Below are positions 12,556 through 21,929 of a stretch of 45,631 bases of DNA, one piece after another. This stretch comes from a virus. The notes beneath the pieces are model-generated. The model did no database searches and was not told the origin of the DNA. It was given only the letters and a program-made list of their open reading frames with translations. The stretch covers positions 1 through 45,631 of IMG/VR virus record IMGVR_UViG_3300046739_000207, one strand, 5' to 3'. Position 1 is the stretch's first letter. Every line of letters begins with the position of its first letter. The position numbers and the translations under genes were made by a program.

Positions 12556-14969
12556 TAGTCTCCAGCCTTTGCAGTGCGCGTCTTCTTGTTTTTCTCAATC
12601 TGTTTTTTCATGTTCTCAACCGACCAATCGGTTGTTGGAGGCTCAGCGGGAACCTCGCCAGTGAGGCTGGTGGTGCCTAAAAGACCTTTTGCCTTTAGTT
12701 GATCTTCATATACCTTCCAAATTTTAGGCCCGTTGCCACTATAATCCATGTTCTTGATTTGATCGGCCAATTTAGCGAGAGATGTTTCGCGGGGCTCGTA
12801 CCCTAATTGATGGTTTACGATAGAATCATTAAGCCGATATTCTCCAGTGAGACGGTCGAAATATAATTTCCCCGTCGCTCCGTTTCCCCCAACCGATACC
12901 ATGGAATCTGGCAGATCAGCAACATGCCCCTGGATTTGGCCTTTTACCTTAGCATTCCTGAGCAGTGGTTCGCCGGCTGGGCCTTTTTGGGGTAGAAGAT
13001 CGCCGCTGACTTCATATAATGGCTTGCCGCTGGACTTCAGCCCAAGCGTTTCAAAGCCGACCCCGGATGAATCATTTATCCACTGTCCATTGACCTTTAT
13101 TTGCCTATATACACTAACTCCAGGTAGTGCTTGTCTATCCATCGCATTTGTGCTGGTGCCGGATGATGGAGGCTTGCCATAACGCACAAAGCGCTCAGCC
13201 TCAATATCGGACGGATTTATTTTTGAAACCGCTTGCTGGCCCTGTGGGGTTGCGGATGGTTTTGAGCCAGCACCCTTCTCCGCAGGCATGCGGCCTATTG
13301 TAGCATTCCTCTTGCTGTCAAGGGACTCATCTATATAATTCCCATTGGTTGTTGGGGGCTCAGCGGGAACCTCGCCAGTGAGTGTGGCCTTCATCTGTCC
13401 CGGATTACGCTGTATTGAATCAAGCTCATTCATTCGCCGCTGCACATCGGAAATTGCGGTCTGATTTCCTGCGGTTTGGGCGGATTTTAGTTCTGCCCGT
13501 AGCTGGTCAAAGCGATAGCTGAAATAATCTTTAATGCCTTGATCGGTGGAACGTTCAAACGTTCTTTTTTGTGGTGCCTTGATCCCGCGCTCTTCGACTG
13601 CCGGTGTAAATGGCTTGCCTTCAACTGGTACTTCGCCGTTTGGCCGCGTGGCAATCGTTTTCTGTGCGCGCGCGTTAGCAGTCAGGGTGCCTTTAGTTTC
13701 TCCCGGCACATTGCGCGCAAACCAGTCTCGTTTTTCCTGCGAGAGTGCTTGCCTTCCGTGGCCTTCAAGGTCTTCACGCATCTGCTCTTGAATGCCTTTG
13801 GTTTCCAGTCTGTCTTGTGCTCCGCCAAACTTCAGTGGCTGAATAGCGGACGGTCTTTCAGGAGGCCATGTCGATTGAACTGGAACTTCGCCCTTGGGCT
13901 GGGCTTTGACCGGAGGAATTGCTGCTTCGGTAGGTTGGCCGGTTCCGAGTAACCCTTTAGGCTTAAATACCTGCCGTGGCGTTATAGTGGCCGCATCTTG
14001 AATCTGATTCCCGCGCATCCGATACGGAGCTGGCTTAGTTTCAGGCGGAGCTATTACGTCTGTGTCACCCGACGGGTTTACTTTTAGATCGCCTTGGTAC
14101 GGTTGGTAGGGTCCGCGAACTTCTCCCCTGGAGGCAGATTGAATTGGTAGATCGCTTGTTGGCTTCGGAGCTGTAATATCCGCAAGTTTCCCGGAAAGTC
14201 TTTGAAGATGCGCTAATCTCGGAGAAGCCAATCCGACAACATCAGGATTTCCAGCTTTGGATAAGGCGGATGAAGCACGGTGAATTAGATTAGGCTGGCC
14301 TGTTGGCCGGCCCGCTGGAATCTCTGCCGGAACTTCACCTGTCCAAACATTTGGAGGCGGCAGTGCTCCACTTCGCGCCTCAGGCATTAGCCGTGCGGCT
14401 CCGAAAGGTGCAAGAATTCCAGCGGTAGTTCCTGCGGCACCAGATACATCCCCTGAGCCCAATTGTTCACCAGCCGTCGCAGGGCTCTCGCCGAATACCG
14501 GAGCCAGAGCAGTTGCACCTGTATAACCAGCAGACCCCACTTGATGCGCTAAATATCCCTTTATGTCGCCGCGCTTCAATGCTTCGGTAGCCGCCCGATC
14601 TTCGTCCATACTCTTACGCGCATTCGTAGCGATAGCATGAGGCGCCTGTAGGAGCATGCTCGCCCCTGGAGTAGCATCGAGTAGCGCTGATCTAATGGGA
14701 TGTTCGTGGGCTTCTAATGTTGAAGCCTGAAGCTGTTCAGGTGTGGCCCCAAAGACGGATAGCGCGCTATGGACGGCATGTGCCATTTTTGGATACTCAG
14801 CAGCCGTTGGATTCTGATCGGCCTGTGTCGGCATCCCATGGCCCATTAATCGCGTAAGATTCGGGTCGGTCGCAGGATCAGGTTTCTGCTCTTCGTCGCG
14901 GATTTCCGCGCCCTCGGGAATAGGAATATCCCCAACAGTGGCTCCCTGCGGAATTGGCATGGCGCTCAT
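12555..14969 (-). CDS. Large internal virion / ejection-type protein (804 aa) with reiterated GEVP modules
   Basis: Assigned by position between the tail genes and the fibre. It carries five x-G-E-V-P motifs, two of them encoded by a 36-bp near-identical DNA repeat (12630..12665 and 13347..13382). Confidence 0.5.
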   Translation of the reverse strand: MSAMPIPQGATVGDIPIPEGAEIRDEEQKPDPATDPNLTRLMGHGMPTQADQNPTAAEYPKMAHAVHSALSVFGATPEQLQASTLEAHEHPIRSALLDATPGASMLLQAPHAIATNARKSMDEDRAATEALKRGDIKGYLAHQVGSAGYTGATALAPVFGESPATAGEQLGSGDVSGAAGTTAGILAPFGAARLMPEARSGALPPPNVWTGEVPAEIPAGRPTGQPNLIHRASSALSKAGNPDVVGLASPRLAHLQRLSGKLADITAPKPTSDLPIQSASRGEVRGPYQPYQGDLKVNPSGDTDVIAPPETKPAPYRMRGNQIQDAATITPRQVFKPKGLLGTGQPTEAAIPPVKAQPKGEVPVQSTWPPERPSAIQPLKFGGAQDRLETKGIQEQMREDLEGHGRQALSQEKRDWFARNVPGETKGTLTANARAQKTIATRPNGEVPVEGKPFTPAVEERGIKAPQKRTFERSTDQGIKDYFSYRFDQLRAELKSAQTAGNQTAISDVQRRMNELDSIQRNPGQMKATLTGEVPAEPPTTNGNYIDESLDSKRNATIGRMPAEKGAGSKPSATPQGQQAVSKINPSDIEAERFVRYGKPPSSGTSTNAMDRQALPGVSVYRQIKVNGQWINDSSGVGFETLGLKSSGKPLYEVSGDLLPQKGPAGEPLLRNAKVKGQIQGHVADLPDSMVSVGGNGATGKLYFDRLTGEYRLNDSIVNHQLGYEPRETSLAKLADQIKNMDYSGNGPKIWKVYEDQLKAKGLLGTTSLTGEVPAEPPTTDWSVENMKKQIEKNKKTRTAKAGD

Positions 14970-16391
14970 TTACTGGGCTGGCCTCATGGTCTTACCGTCT
15001 TTCGTGTAGCCGACTAGTTTTCCTTGGTGGTAGACTGGCTTTTCCCCTTCTTGCGCGCCGCCACCTTGGTTGCTTTGCTGTAGCGCTGGCTTATCGCCAA
15101 TCTTGCGTTTCCCGAAGACTGTCTCCGCTCCCTTGGGAGGATTTACCCCGTACATCGTGGCGGCATCATGCGCACCCTGCACAGCTCTGTCCCTGGCTTC
15201 ATACCCCAGATCGAGCATTTGCTTCATCTGGTCCGGCCCGAGAGTCACGCCGGAAAGATACCCACGGTCATCGAATTTAGAGCCGATCTTGGCGAGCCAC
15301 GGCTGGGACTGAGTAGCTTCGTTGAGAATGTCTTTCGTGATGCGCGCGCCCTTCTGCATTCCCAAAGTCATACCGATATGATCAGTCAAAAGCGCCAGCA
15401 TGGCTTGCTGATCGCCCTTTAACCCTTTGGAATAAGAGGCTTCCATGCGCGAAAGGCGAGTATCAGCATCCAGCGCCGTTTCAAATCTCTTATTCGAGGC
15501 TTCGGTATTCTTTTCATCAAATCCCTTGCGCTGGCGCTCGTCTGCGGCTGCACTAGCGCGTGCCTGCTGATCAATGGTTTCTTGGCTATGCTGGGAATGC
15601 GCACGATTGGCCGAATCAACCAAAGGCTTCAAATCTGGGGGTAATTTCGGGTCATTGATGTCGTATGTTTTCTTCCCATCAGTCACACTGACTGGAATAC
15701 CTTGGTCGTAGGTGATGTGCGGAGCCTGTGCAGGCTTACCTTCGATGGCGGCCTGTTTGATTGCCTGATAGGCTTCCATGTATGTGTACGGCTTCCCTGT
15801 CTGTGGGTTCTGTCTGGGTGCTCCATTCTCACCAGTCATCAGGTCATGTAGCGTGGTTTCTTCAGGCGTCAGCCCTTCTTTGGGTTGAGGATTTCTGAGA
15901 GCTTCCGCGTGAGCATTCTCCTCACTTGCTTTGGCCGTCAGTTCGCCGGTCTGCGCTGTCTGCTGAGCTTCTTTGCTCGGAGCTTCATACTCTGCCGTAT
16001 CGTTTTTGTATTTCTCCTGCGCCCTTTTTTCAGGCATTTCATTGAAGACTTTGTTGGTAATCGGATTAAAGGCCGCCATGGTATGACCGAACTTTGCCCA
16101 TCCGTGTGGCTCCGCTGGAGCATAATCGGACCATTGTGGGCGAGGTTGAGTAACCGCAGGAGCTGCAGGAGCAGGCATTGCGGGAAAATCACTGCGTTTG
16201 GCAATTGCTCCTGGTGCAGCCACAGCCATTGATGCATCAGAAGACGGGCCTGGAGCAGGAGGCGGAGCTGATGCTGGTTGAGCGCCAACATCAAAGGTTC
16301 TGGCGGGTGAAGCCGGGGGGTATTCTTCCTGGCGCCGCCGTTCTTCTTCGTCGTCCGGAGCTTCTACCGGGTCGTAATCAATATCTGGCAT
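14970..16391 (-). CDS. Internal virion / ejection-type protein (473 aa)
   Basis: Pro/Ala-rich N-terminus with a helical, charged body. Abuts both neighbouring genes. No enzymatic motif recognised. Confidence 0.45.
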   Translation of the reverse strand: MPDIDYDPVEAPDDEEERRRQEEYPPASPARTFDVGAQPASAPPPAPGPSSDASMAVAAPGAIAKRSDFPAMPAPAAPAVTQPRPQWSDYAPAEPHGWAKFGHTMAAFNPITNKVFNEMPEKRAQEKYKNDTAEYEAPSKEAQQTAQTGELTAKASEENAHAEALRNPQPKEGLTPEETTLHDLMTGENGAPRQNPQTGKPYTYMEAYQAIKQAAIEGKPAQAPHITYDQGIPVSVTDGKKTYDINDPKLPPDLKPLVDSANRAHSQHSQETIDQQARASAAADERQRKGFDEKNTEASNKRFETALDADTRLSRMEASYSKGLKGDQQAMLALLTDHIGMTLGMQKGARITKDILNEATQSQPWLAKIGSKFDDRGYLSGVTLGPDQMKQMLDLGYEARDRAVQGAHDAATMYGVNPPKGAETVFGKRKIGDKPALQQSNQGGGAQEGEKPVYHQGKLVGYTKDGKTMRPAQ

Positions 16392-16392
16392 C

Positions 16393-16911
16393 TTAGCCCT
16401 TACCTTGTCCGGTTGCCCAATTCAGATAACCCAGCGCTGCCTGATCCCCGGATGGCCCAGCCGCTCTTGCTCCAAGCGTTCCTGGTCCAAGGCCATACAT
16501 AGCACCTTCAGTCTGCCGGTTGCCCTGTTCTTGTCCTGCAAGGCCGTACATGCCAGCTTCCTGATTCTGCATTTTTTGCATCTGTAGATTTGCCGCAGCA
16601 TCACCAGCGGTTCGGCCTTCTTCCAGAGCTAACTGGTCATTCCCAGCAGTCAAACTGGCATCATTGCGCGTGGCTGCAGCGTTGTTGTTATTTCTGAATT
16701 GTTCAGACTGGAACGGCTGAGTTGCCGCGCCCATTTCGCTCGTTGTCGCTGCATTCTCTTCCTGTGGATTTATGTAGCCGGTATCCATCAAGGATTGATA
16801 GCCAGGAACCAGTTTGCTCTCCAGCGCGCCTGCCTGAGAAGCGTTGGTATCGCCTACAGCGTTGGTTTTATTGAGCTGGGTATCGGCTGCTGCTGCTTGT
16901 CCGCGCGCCAT
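16393..16911 (-). CDS. Low-complexity (Ala/Gly/Gln/Asn-rich) virion-associated protein (172 aa)
   Basis: ORF abutting its neighbours. The composition resembles small podovirus internal proteins. Confidence 0.45.
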   Translation of the reverse strand: MARGQAAAADTQLNKTNAVGDTNASQAGALESKLVPGYQSLMDTGYINPQEENAATTSEMGAATQPFQSEQFRNNNNAAATRNDASLTAGNDQLALEEGRTAGDAAANLQMQKMQNQEAGMYGLAGQEQGNRQTEGAMYGLGPGTLGARAAGPSGDQAALGYLNWATGQGKG

Positions 16912-17301
16912 TTATTTGACCTCTCTAGAAAAACAGGGCCACAGCGGTTTCTTCCAGCCCAAGTGCATCAATAGCTTTCCAAAATTCTTTTCAATCTCTG
17001 GCGGCAACCAGCAATGCAAATCCGTAAGCCCTCTTCTCAGTGCTGGCCTGACTAATTCACGATGAAGGATCAACAGTTGAGCGAGTCTGTCTTTTCTCGA
17101 TCCGGTATCGGGATCAATTAGCATGTAAGTTTCTGCCGTCATTCTGAGAAAAGCTGCCATAGAAATTTTGCCGTCAACTTCCACCACACCAGAGACCAAC
17201 ATCTTTGACCAGTCCGGCGGCTCATAATCAAAGCCCATGGACCTGTGCAGAGCTTCGATGGGTGCCTTGTCTTTTTCCTGAAATGGTCTAACGATTATCA
17301 C
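16912..17301 (-). CDS. GNAT-like N-acetyltransferase (divergent)
   Basis: The opening MIIVRPFQEKDKAPIEALH..., then ...LILHRELVRPALRRGLTDL..., then FGKLLMHLGWKK follow the GNAT layout. The Q/RxxGxG/A loop is degenerate. Confidence 0.45.
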   Translation of the reverse strand: MIIVRPFQEKDKAPIEALHRSMGFDYEPPDWSKMLVSGVVEVDGKISMAAFLRMTAETYMLIDPDTGSRKDRLAQLLILHRELVRPALRRGLTDLHCWLPPEIEKNFGKLLMHLGWKKPLWPCFSREVK

Positions 17302-17304
17302 GGC

Positions 17305-17517
17305 TTAACCTTGGATAAGAGACTTCACTGGAGGATTTGGAACTCGCACCGATGGAAATGGAGCTGGATTCACGGTTTGACTGGGCGCTGGCGGAGTGCT
17401 GGCCGGCGGAGCCGCTACCGCGTTCCCAAGCGTTGTCGGCACCTGCTGATTCGTGTAATCCTGAACCTTCTTCAGGGCTTCTTCGATCTTGATCTCATCT
17501 TTTGCGATGCGATCCAA
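17305..17517 (-). CDS. Small Pro-rich hypothetical protein (70 aa)
   Basis: ORF within the operon. Confidence 0.45.
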   Translation of the reverse strand: MDRIAKDEIKIEEALKKVQDYTNQQVPTTLGNAVAAPPASTPPAPSQTVNPAPFPSVRVPNPPVKSLIQG

Positions 17518-17528
17518 ATTGGGCAGGT

Positions 17529-17726
17529 TTAACGGAATGGGGCAGCTCCTATGAAATCCATTCTCAAATGAGAGTTTTCTGTCATCTTGCTCTGCTCTTC
17601 TTTATGCGTTCCGCAGAGCAATGCAATCAGATCCCATCCGATGATTTTTTCTTTCTTGTCATCCATGACTGGTTTTCTTACTCTCCACTGTGCCCATTCA
17701 GAACACTTGTTGCAGGGTTGCATCAT
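17529..17726 (-). CDS. Small hypothetical protein (65 aa)
   Basis: 4-nt overlap with the upstream gene. Confidence 0.45.
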   Translation of the reverse strand: MMQPCNKCSEWAQWRVRKPVMDDKKEKIIGWDLIALLCGTHKEEQSKMTENSHLRMDFIGAAPFR

Positions 17727-20700
17727 TGCGCAAGCCCACTAACCACGATGGCCGAGTCTTTCTTTAGACACAACACCAAACGCTCAAGCTGAAACCATGA
17801 TCCTGCAACCGCATTAGTCCCGATGTTCACGAAGAATCGTTCGCTGCGAATATTAAGACCTATCCCGCCATCGCCTACTGGAGCGAGTGACAGGGTGTAT
17901 GGGCGAAGCACCGTTGTTCTACGAGCGGTAACGATTGCCAATGGAAGAAGTCCCGAACCGACTGCGCGCCACTTCATATACCCAGCCCGTTTGAGATGTG
18001 CCCCCAATTGAAACATCTGCTCTTCCATCATCGCTGGGCAGCCATATCCCTGGTAATTCCAAGGAATCGCTACGCCATCATCAGAACCTTGAGTAGCACA
18101 ATCAATCTGTTGATAAATCTTTCCATTCCCTGCGCCGTTTCCGAAGAAAGGCTGCGCGGTTCCATCAGATCGTTCAGCAAACGTCATTGAATTTGATGTA
18201 ATGGTCCAAAGCGCCCAGCGCCGGCCACGGCCATGCGAGAGAATCTTCCCGGTAAAACTTGAATAGGTAATCAGCGGCGAATTAGCAATATCCTGCGCTC
18301 CATCCAGCCATTTGTAATCCATCATGAAAACAACATTAGGCGTGCTTATTAACCCTCCGTCTGGATTTTTTCCCACCGGAGCGCCCACCAGAATCATTTT
18401 GTTTGTGCGGTCGATTCGTACCCAGATCGTATGGCCAGCAGACCAGTTGATTGATGCCCATGAAATCTTTCCCGTTCCTGAAGCATCCGTCTGGATTTCT
18501 GGAGTAAGTTTGACTGGATCAGAGCCCCAGCAGATATAGAGCCCAGAGCGTTCAGCAAATACCGCCCATTCTTCCGTGGTATCCACAGCATTCGGGCCAC
18601 AAATGCCGATAGTCGCTGAAACCTCATTCACTGCCCAAGACGAAGGCTCATTGAGCCCATCATCCTGCACGTAACATAGATAATGGTCTTTGGCAAAGTA
18701 GATGTTATTTCTGATCGGGAAAGCGGCTCTTAGTTGCTGGCCGTCATTCGTTCTGATCTGGACTTGCCCGGTTGTCGCATCAAACGATTCAGGATTGAAG
18801 GCATGAGACAGTCTGCCGGTCGAATAATTGAATGGCGTGTTTGTCGGATACAGTTCAATCGAATCGACCAGGAAAACGCCGTTATTCGTTGGGGTTCCAT
18901 CGGCAAAAACATTCAACGTCAAATCAGACAACGGCGCGGCGATCTGAGCAGTCAGAACAGCGGTAAATTCCTGATAGTTGGCTGTAAGTTGGGCCGCGGT
19001 CACAGAGATTCCAGTCCCAACAACCCCAGTGCCAGTTAGAGAGACGTGAACTGTACCTTGAGCAAGCGTATTGTTTTTGGCAAGCCTAACTCTCACGGAA
19101 TACGAAAGTGCAGAGCCGATGATTGCTACTCCCAGATAATCTTTGAAGGCTGACTGAGTGATTTTCCCGCGTACCGCCGTAGCTCCGTCTCCAGTGATTG
19201 CGTAGGCATCGCCCCAATCAGCAGAGAACCCTCCAGCAACCGCAGAACTTCCTCCAGCGCCAGAGGTAGCATCTAGCGTCCAGCCAAGAGGCACATTACC
19301 GCTAAACCCGCCATCAAAAGTCAGATTGACAAGATTTTGCAGTTTATTGCGTTCACCCAGCCATACACCGCGCGCATTGTATCCAACAGTAAAGGCCGAT
19401 TCGCCTAACTCGATTTGGCTGAAAAGATAATTCGCTGAGAATCCTGCTGAAAGGACGGTATCAGAAAAATCAACCACAATCGCTGTCGATGTGTTGTCAG
19501 CAACCAGCATGGTTGCGCCAAAAATCTGCTGAGAACCATTGGGCAGAGAAAAGAAATTTCCCGTTTTCGCCGGAGCTGTAATCGCCGGAGTGAAGTGTAT
19601 AAGCCTGCTGGTTATGTTTGCCGGGCCTATAGGAATTCCAGTCACAATCAGAGCATGGGCGCCAGCAGCAGTAAACGATGCAGGGACAGAAGCAGATGTA
19701 ATGAGCCCCTGACGAGTAATGAATGAGCAACTAACCTGATGAAGCCCTACAGAGACATTACCTGTCGGGGCAAGAGTCCCGCCACCGCTTGCTGGCGTGC
19801 CGAAGATCACGGCATTCAGGTTAACGATCCATGAAACGGTTGAAGGTCCAATCTGGACTATGGAATCCAAAAGAGAGAACGTGCCGTCGAATGTTGCCGT
19901 AGTAGCTCCGGCAATCGTTACCAGTTGACCAGGAGGCGTGCCGCCAAACCATTGAGACGTGGTATTCGTCACCACGGTTACTAGGCCAGTTACAAGTGTT
20001 CCTGAAACTCCAGAATTTGCCAGTGGGCCGGTAGGAATAACGAATTGCGCCTGATTTGCTGATATAACGTTCGTCAGAATCCAGTTCGCGTTATACCCAG
20101 TCGTGGCCACGCCGGCAATCTGAATTGAATCACCTGGTTTGACGACAATTTTCGTTCCAAGTGGCGACTGGAACGGAGTTCCTGCAGTTGTCACCGTAGC
20201 CACTACGCCGACCATGGTAATGCTTTGAATGTTTACGGCTACTGCTGGGAGCAGACCGTTTGGAGACGCCAGGATGGTAAGGCTGGCAACCAGATCAGTG
20301 CAGAACGGAGACGCTCCCGGTCCAACTTGGCTTACACGGTCCCAATTCGTGTCATCGTATTGGCGCGGGATATCAAAGCCGCCGAGAGAGTTGAAGAATG
20401 CCTGATATTCTCTGCCGAACTGAGTATTTGATTGATAAAACAGTCCAGTGTAAGGCCGAGAAAACAGAGAGTTGAGCGTACCTTGTGGTGACTCTTTATA
20501 GAAGTTGCCGAGCGAGTCCCACGCCAGTAATCTCTGTGCCAGCGTTGGAGTAATGTAACTTTTCAGCCCATTGATTGAGGCATTCGCGGGAATCGGAGAG
20601 CCCAAAGAAAAGAAGTTCTTCAGCCCTCCGCGCGTTCTTACTGCTCCCTGAGGAAAGATGACATCCTGAGCAATAGCCGCAGCTCCAGAGGAAAGGTCTG

Positions 20701-20770
20701 CCGGCGGGATCGCTGGACAAAATCCCCCGAACACTTCAAACGGTATATCGATCAGATCGGCAAAAAGCAT
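17723..20770 (-). CDS. Large tail protein (1015 aa), nozzle / tail-tubular-B-like by position
   Basis: This is the largest virion ORF. It is beta-rich and follows the adaptor-like gene in the T7-like order adaptor, nozzle, internal proteins, fibre. Confidence 0.5.
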   Translation of the reverse strand: MLFADLIDIPFEVFGGFCPAIPPADLSSGAAAIAQDVIFPQGAVRTRGGLKNFFSLGSPIPANASINGLKSYITPTLAQRLLAWDSLGNFYKESPQGTLNSLFSRPYTGLFYQSNTQFGREYQAFFNSLGGFDIPRQYDDTNWDRVSQVGPGASPFCTDLVASLTILASPNGLLPAVAVNIQSITMVGVVATVTTAGTPFQSPLGTKIVVKPGDSIQIAGVATTGYNANWILTNVISANQAQFVIPTGPLANSGVSGTLVTGLVTVVTNTTSQWFGGTPPGQLVTIAGATTATFDGTFSLLDSIVQIGPSTVSWIVNLNAVIFGTPASGGGTLAPTGNVSVGLHQVSCSFITRQGLITSASVPASFTAAGAHALIVTGIPIGPANITSRLIHFTPAITAPAKTGNFFSLPNGSQQIFGATMLVADNTSTAIVVDFSDTVLSAGFSANYLFSQIELGESAFTVGYNARGVWLGERNKLQNLVNLTFDGGFSGNVPLGWTLDATSGAGGSSAVAGGFSADWGDAYAITGDGATAVRGKITQSAFKDYLGVAIIGSALSYSVRVRLAKNNTLAQGTVHVSLTGTGVVGTGISVTAAQLTANYQEFTAVLTAQIAAPLSDLTLNVFADGTPTNNGVFLVDSIELYPTNTPFNYSTGRLSHAFNPESFDATTGQVQIRTNDGQQLRAAFPIRNNIYFAKDHYLCYVQDDGLNEPSSWAVNEVSATIGICGPNAVDTTEEWAVFAERSGLYICWGSDPVKLTPEIQTDASGTGKISWASINWSAGHTIWVRIDRTNKMILVGAPVGKNPDGGLISTPNVVFMMDYKWLDGAQDIANSPLITYSSFTGKILSHGRGRRWALWTITSNSMTFAERSDGTAQPFFGNGAGNGKIYQQIDCATQGSDDGVAIPWNYQGYGCPAMMEEQMFQLGAHLKRAGYMKWRAVGSGLLPLAIVTARRTTVLRPYTLSLAPVGDGGIGLNIRSERFFVNIGTNAVAGSWFQLERLVLCLKKDSAIVVSGLAQ

Positions 20771-20771
20771 C

Positions 20772-21137
20772 TTAGAGCCGGTTAAATACTGCCTCGCCCT
20801 GAAGATTCATTGGGCTGGGATACGCTCCGCTGCCAAGTTCGGTATTGACGCCAGTTTCCAGTTGCACTTTTGAATTGGCCTGGGTTGTTCCGATCGTGAC
20901 AACCACCACGGTCGCAAGGTTGCCACTCACGTCCCAAACGTCCAAGTTGAGGGGTGCGCCAAGGGATTCAATCGCCGGAACTGTGCCAACAAAAGAAGGA
21001 TCTGCAGTGGCTTTGGTGAAATCCACCGTATCTCCGCCCACTGCCGTAACGTAGTTTCCGCTTTTTACCAATTTGAAGCCAATACGAATTGGCCCTGCTG
21101 CCGGGCTGACATAGGTGAGCTGAACTGCTAAGGACAT
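20772..21137 (-). CDS. Small beta-rich virion protein (121 aa)
   Basis: ORF abutting the tail gene. Confidence 0.5.
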   Translation of the reverse strand: MSLAVQLTYVSPAAGPIRIGFKLVKSGNYVTAVGGDTVDFTKATADPSFVGTVPAIESLGAPLNLDVWDVSGNLATVVVVTIGTTQANSKVQLETGVNTELGSGAYPSPMNLQGEAVFNRL

Positions 21138-21149
21138 AGCGTTTCTCCT

Positions 21150-21929
21150 TTAAATCGGATAACTTCCTCTTCCGCCTCTCCCTGAATAGGGCTGGCGTCT
21201 TACTTGTTTTCTTTGTCTCCTGCGTGCTGAAACCTGCTGCAAGAGGAAAATCTCTTCACTGGCTGATAGCTTCGCTTCTGGAGCAATTGCCCCGCCTCTG
21301 CTGTCGGCAAATATCTTCGCGGCAAAATAAGCTGCGGCATTTACCACACCACGAATAGGAACGGGGTCAGTCGGCGCAGCAAGTTTTGGAAGATGTTTTT
21401 CATACAGGATTTTTACGTCCTGTACTTGCGTTGCCCCTCTGAACCTGATGCCATCATTCTTCCATTCCCATTCCATTAGATAGGTTTGCTGCGGCCAGGA
21501 ATGAAGCCCGTAATTCGGCTGCGTCATGGGCTTGCCAAGCGGGTTGTTTGTTGCGCTCTGGCGCTCCCATAGACGTAAAGGAAGGATCAGGTCTGTTGGT
21601 AGCTGTGGAGTGAGGGAAAATACGTTTCCTGTGCCATTCGGGAAGATGATGTTTGTGCCAGTATCATCAACGATCAGCCGAGCCTCAGGATCTTGCAAGG
21701 CAACGATAGGCAGCCCAATCAGCCAAGCATCGGTTGTGCAAGTCTCAACGCCGACCTTCGCCAGTTCCAATTGAACCCGCTCATAAGCAGCGTTGATGAG
21801 GTCAAAGGAAAATGGCGCGGTATCGGTGATGATGTCGCCGCCCACAACTTCAGAATCGTTCAGGATCGTGCGAACACGAATAAGAACGTCTTCTGCTTGA
21901 GAGTAGGCGGATGAGATGAGAACTGGCAT
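21150..21929 (-). CDS. Head-tail adaptor / tail-tubular-A-like protein (259 aa)
   Basis: Assigned by position upstream of the nozzle-like gene. The C-terminus is Arg-rich. Confidence 0.4.
   Translation of the reverse strand: MPVLISSAYSQAEDVLIRVRTILNDSEVVGGDIITDTAPFSFDLINAAYERVQLELAKVGVETCTTDAWLIGLPIVALQDPEARLIVDDTGTNIIFPNGTGNVFSLTPQLPTDLILPLRLWERQSATNNPLGKPMTQPNYGLHSWPQQTYLMEWEWKNDGIRFRGATQVQDVKILYEKHLPKLAAPTDPVPIRGVVNAAAYFAAKIFADSRGGAIAPEAKLSASEEIFLLQQVSARRRQRKQVRRQPYSGRGGRGSYPI

Noticed and set aside
12630-13382. 36-bp near-identical repeats. I considered a CRISPR-like or DGR template/variable-repeat pair.
   Set aside because: There are only two copies, 717 bp apart, both in frame inside one gene and encoding the same peptide. 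The mismatch pattern is not adenine-specific, and no reverse transcriptase or cas gene exists in the genome.
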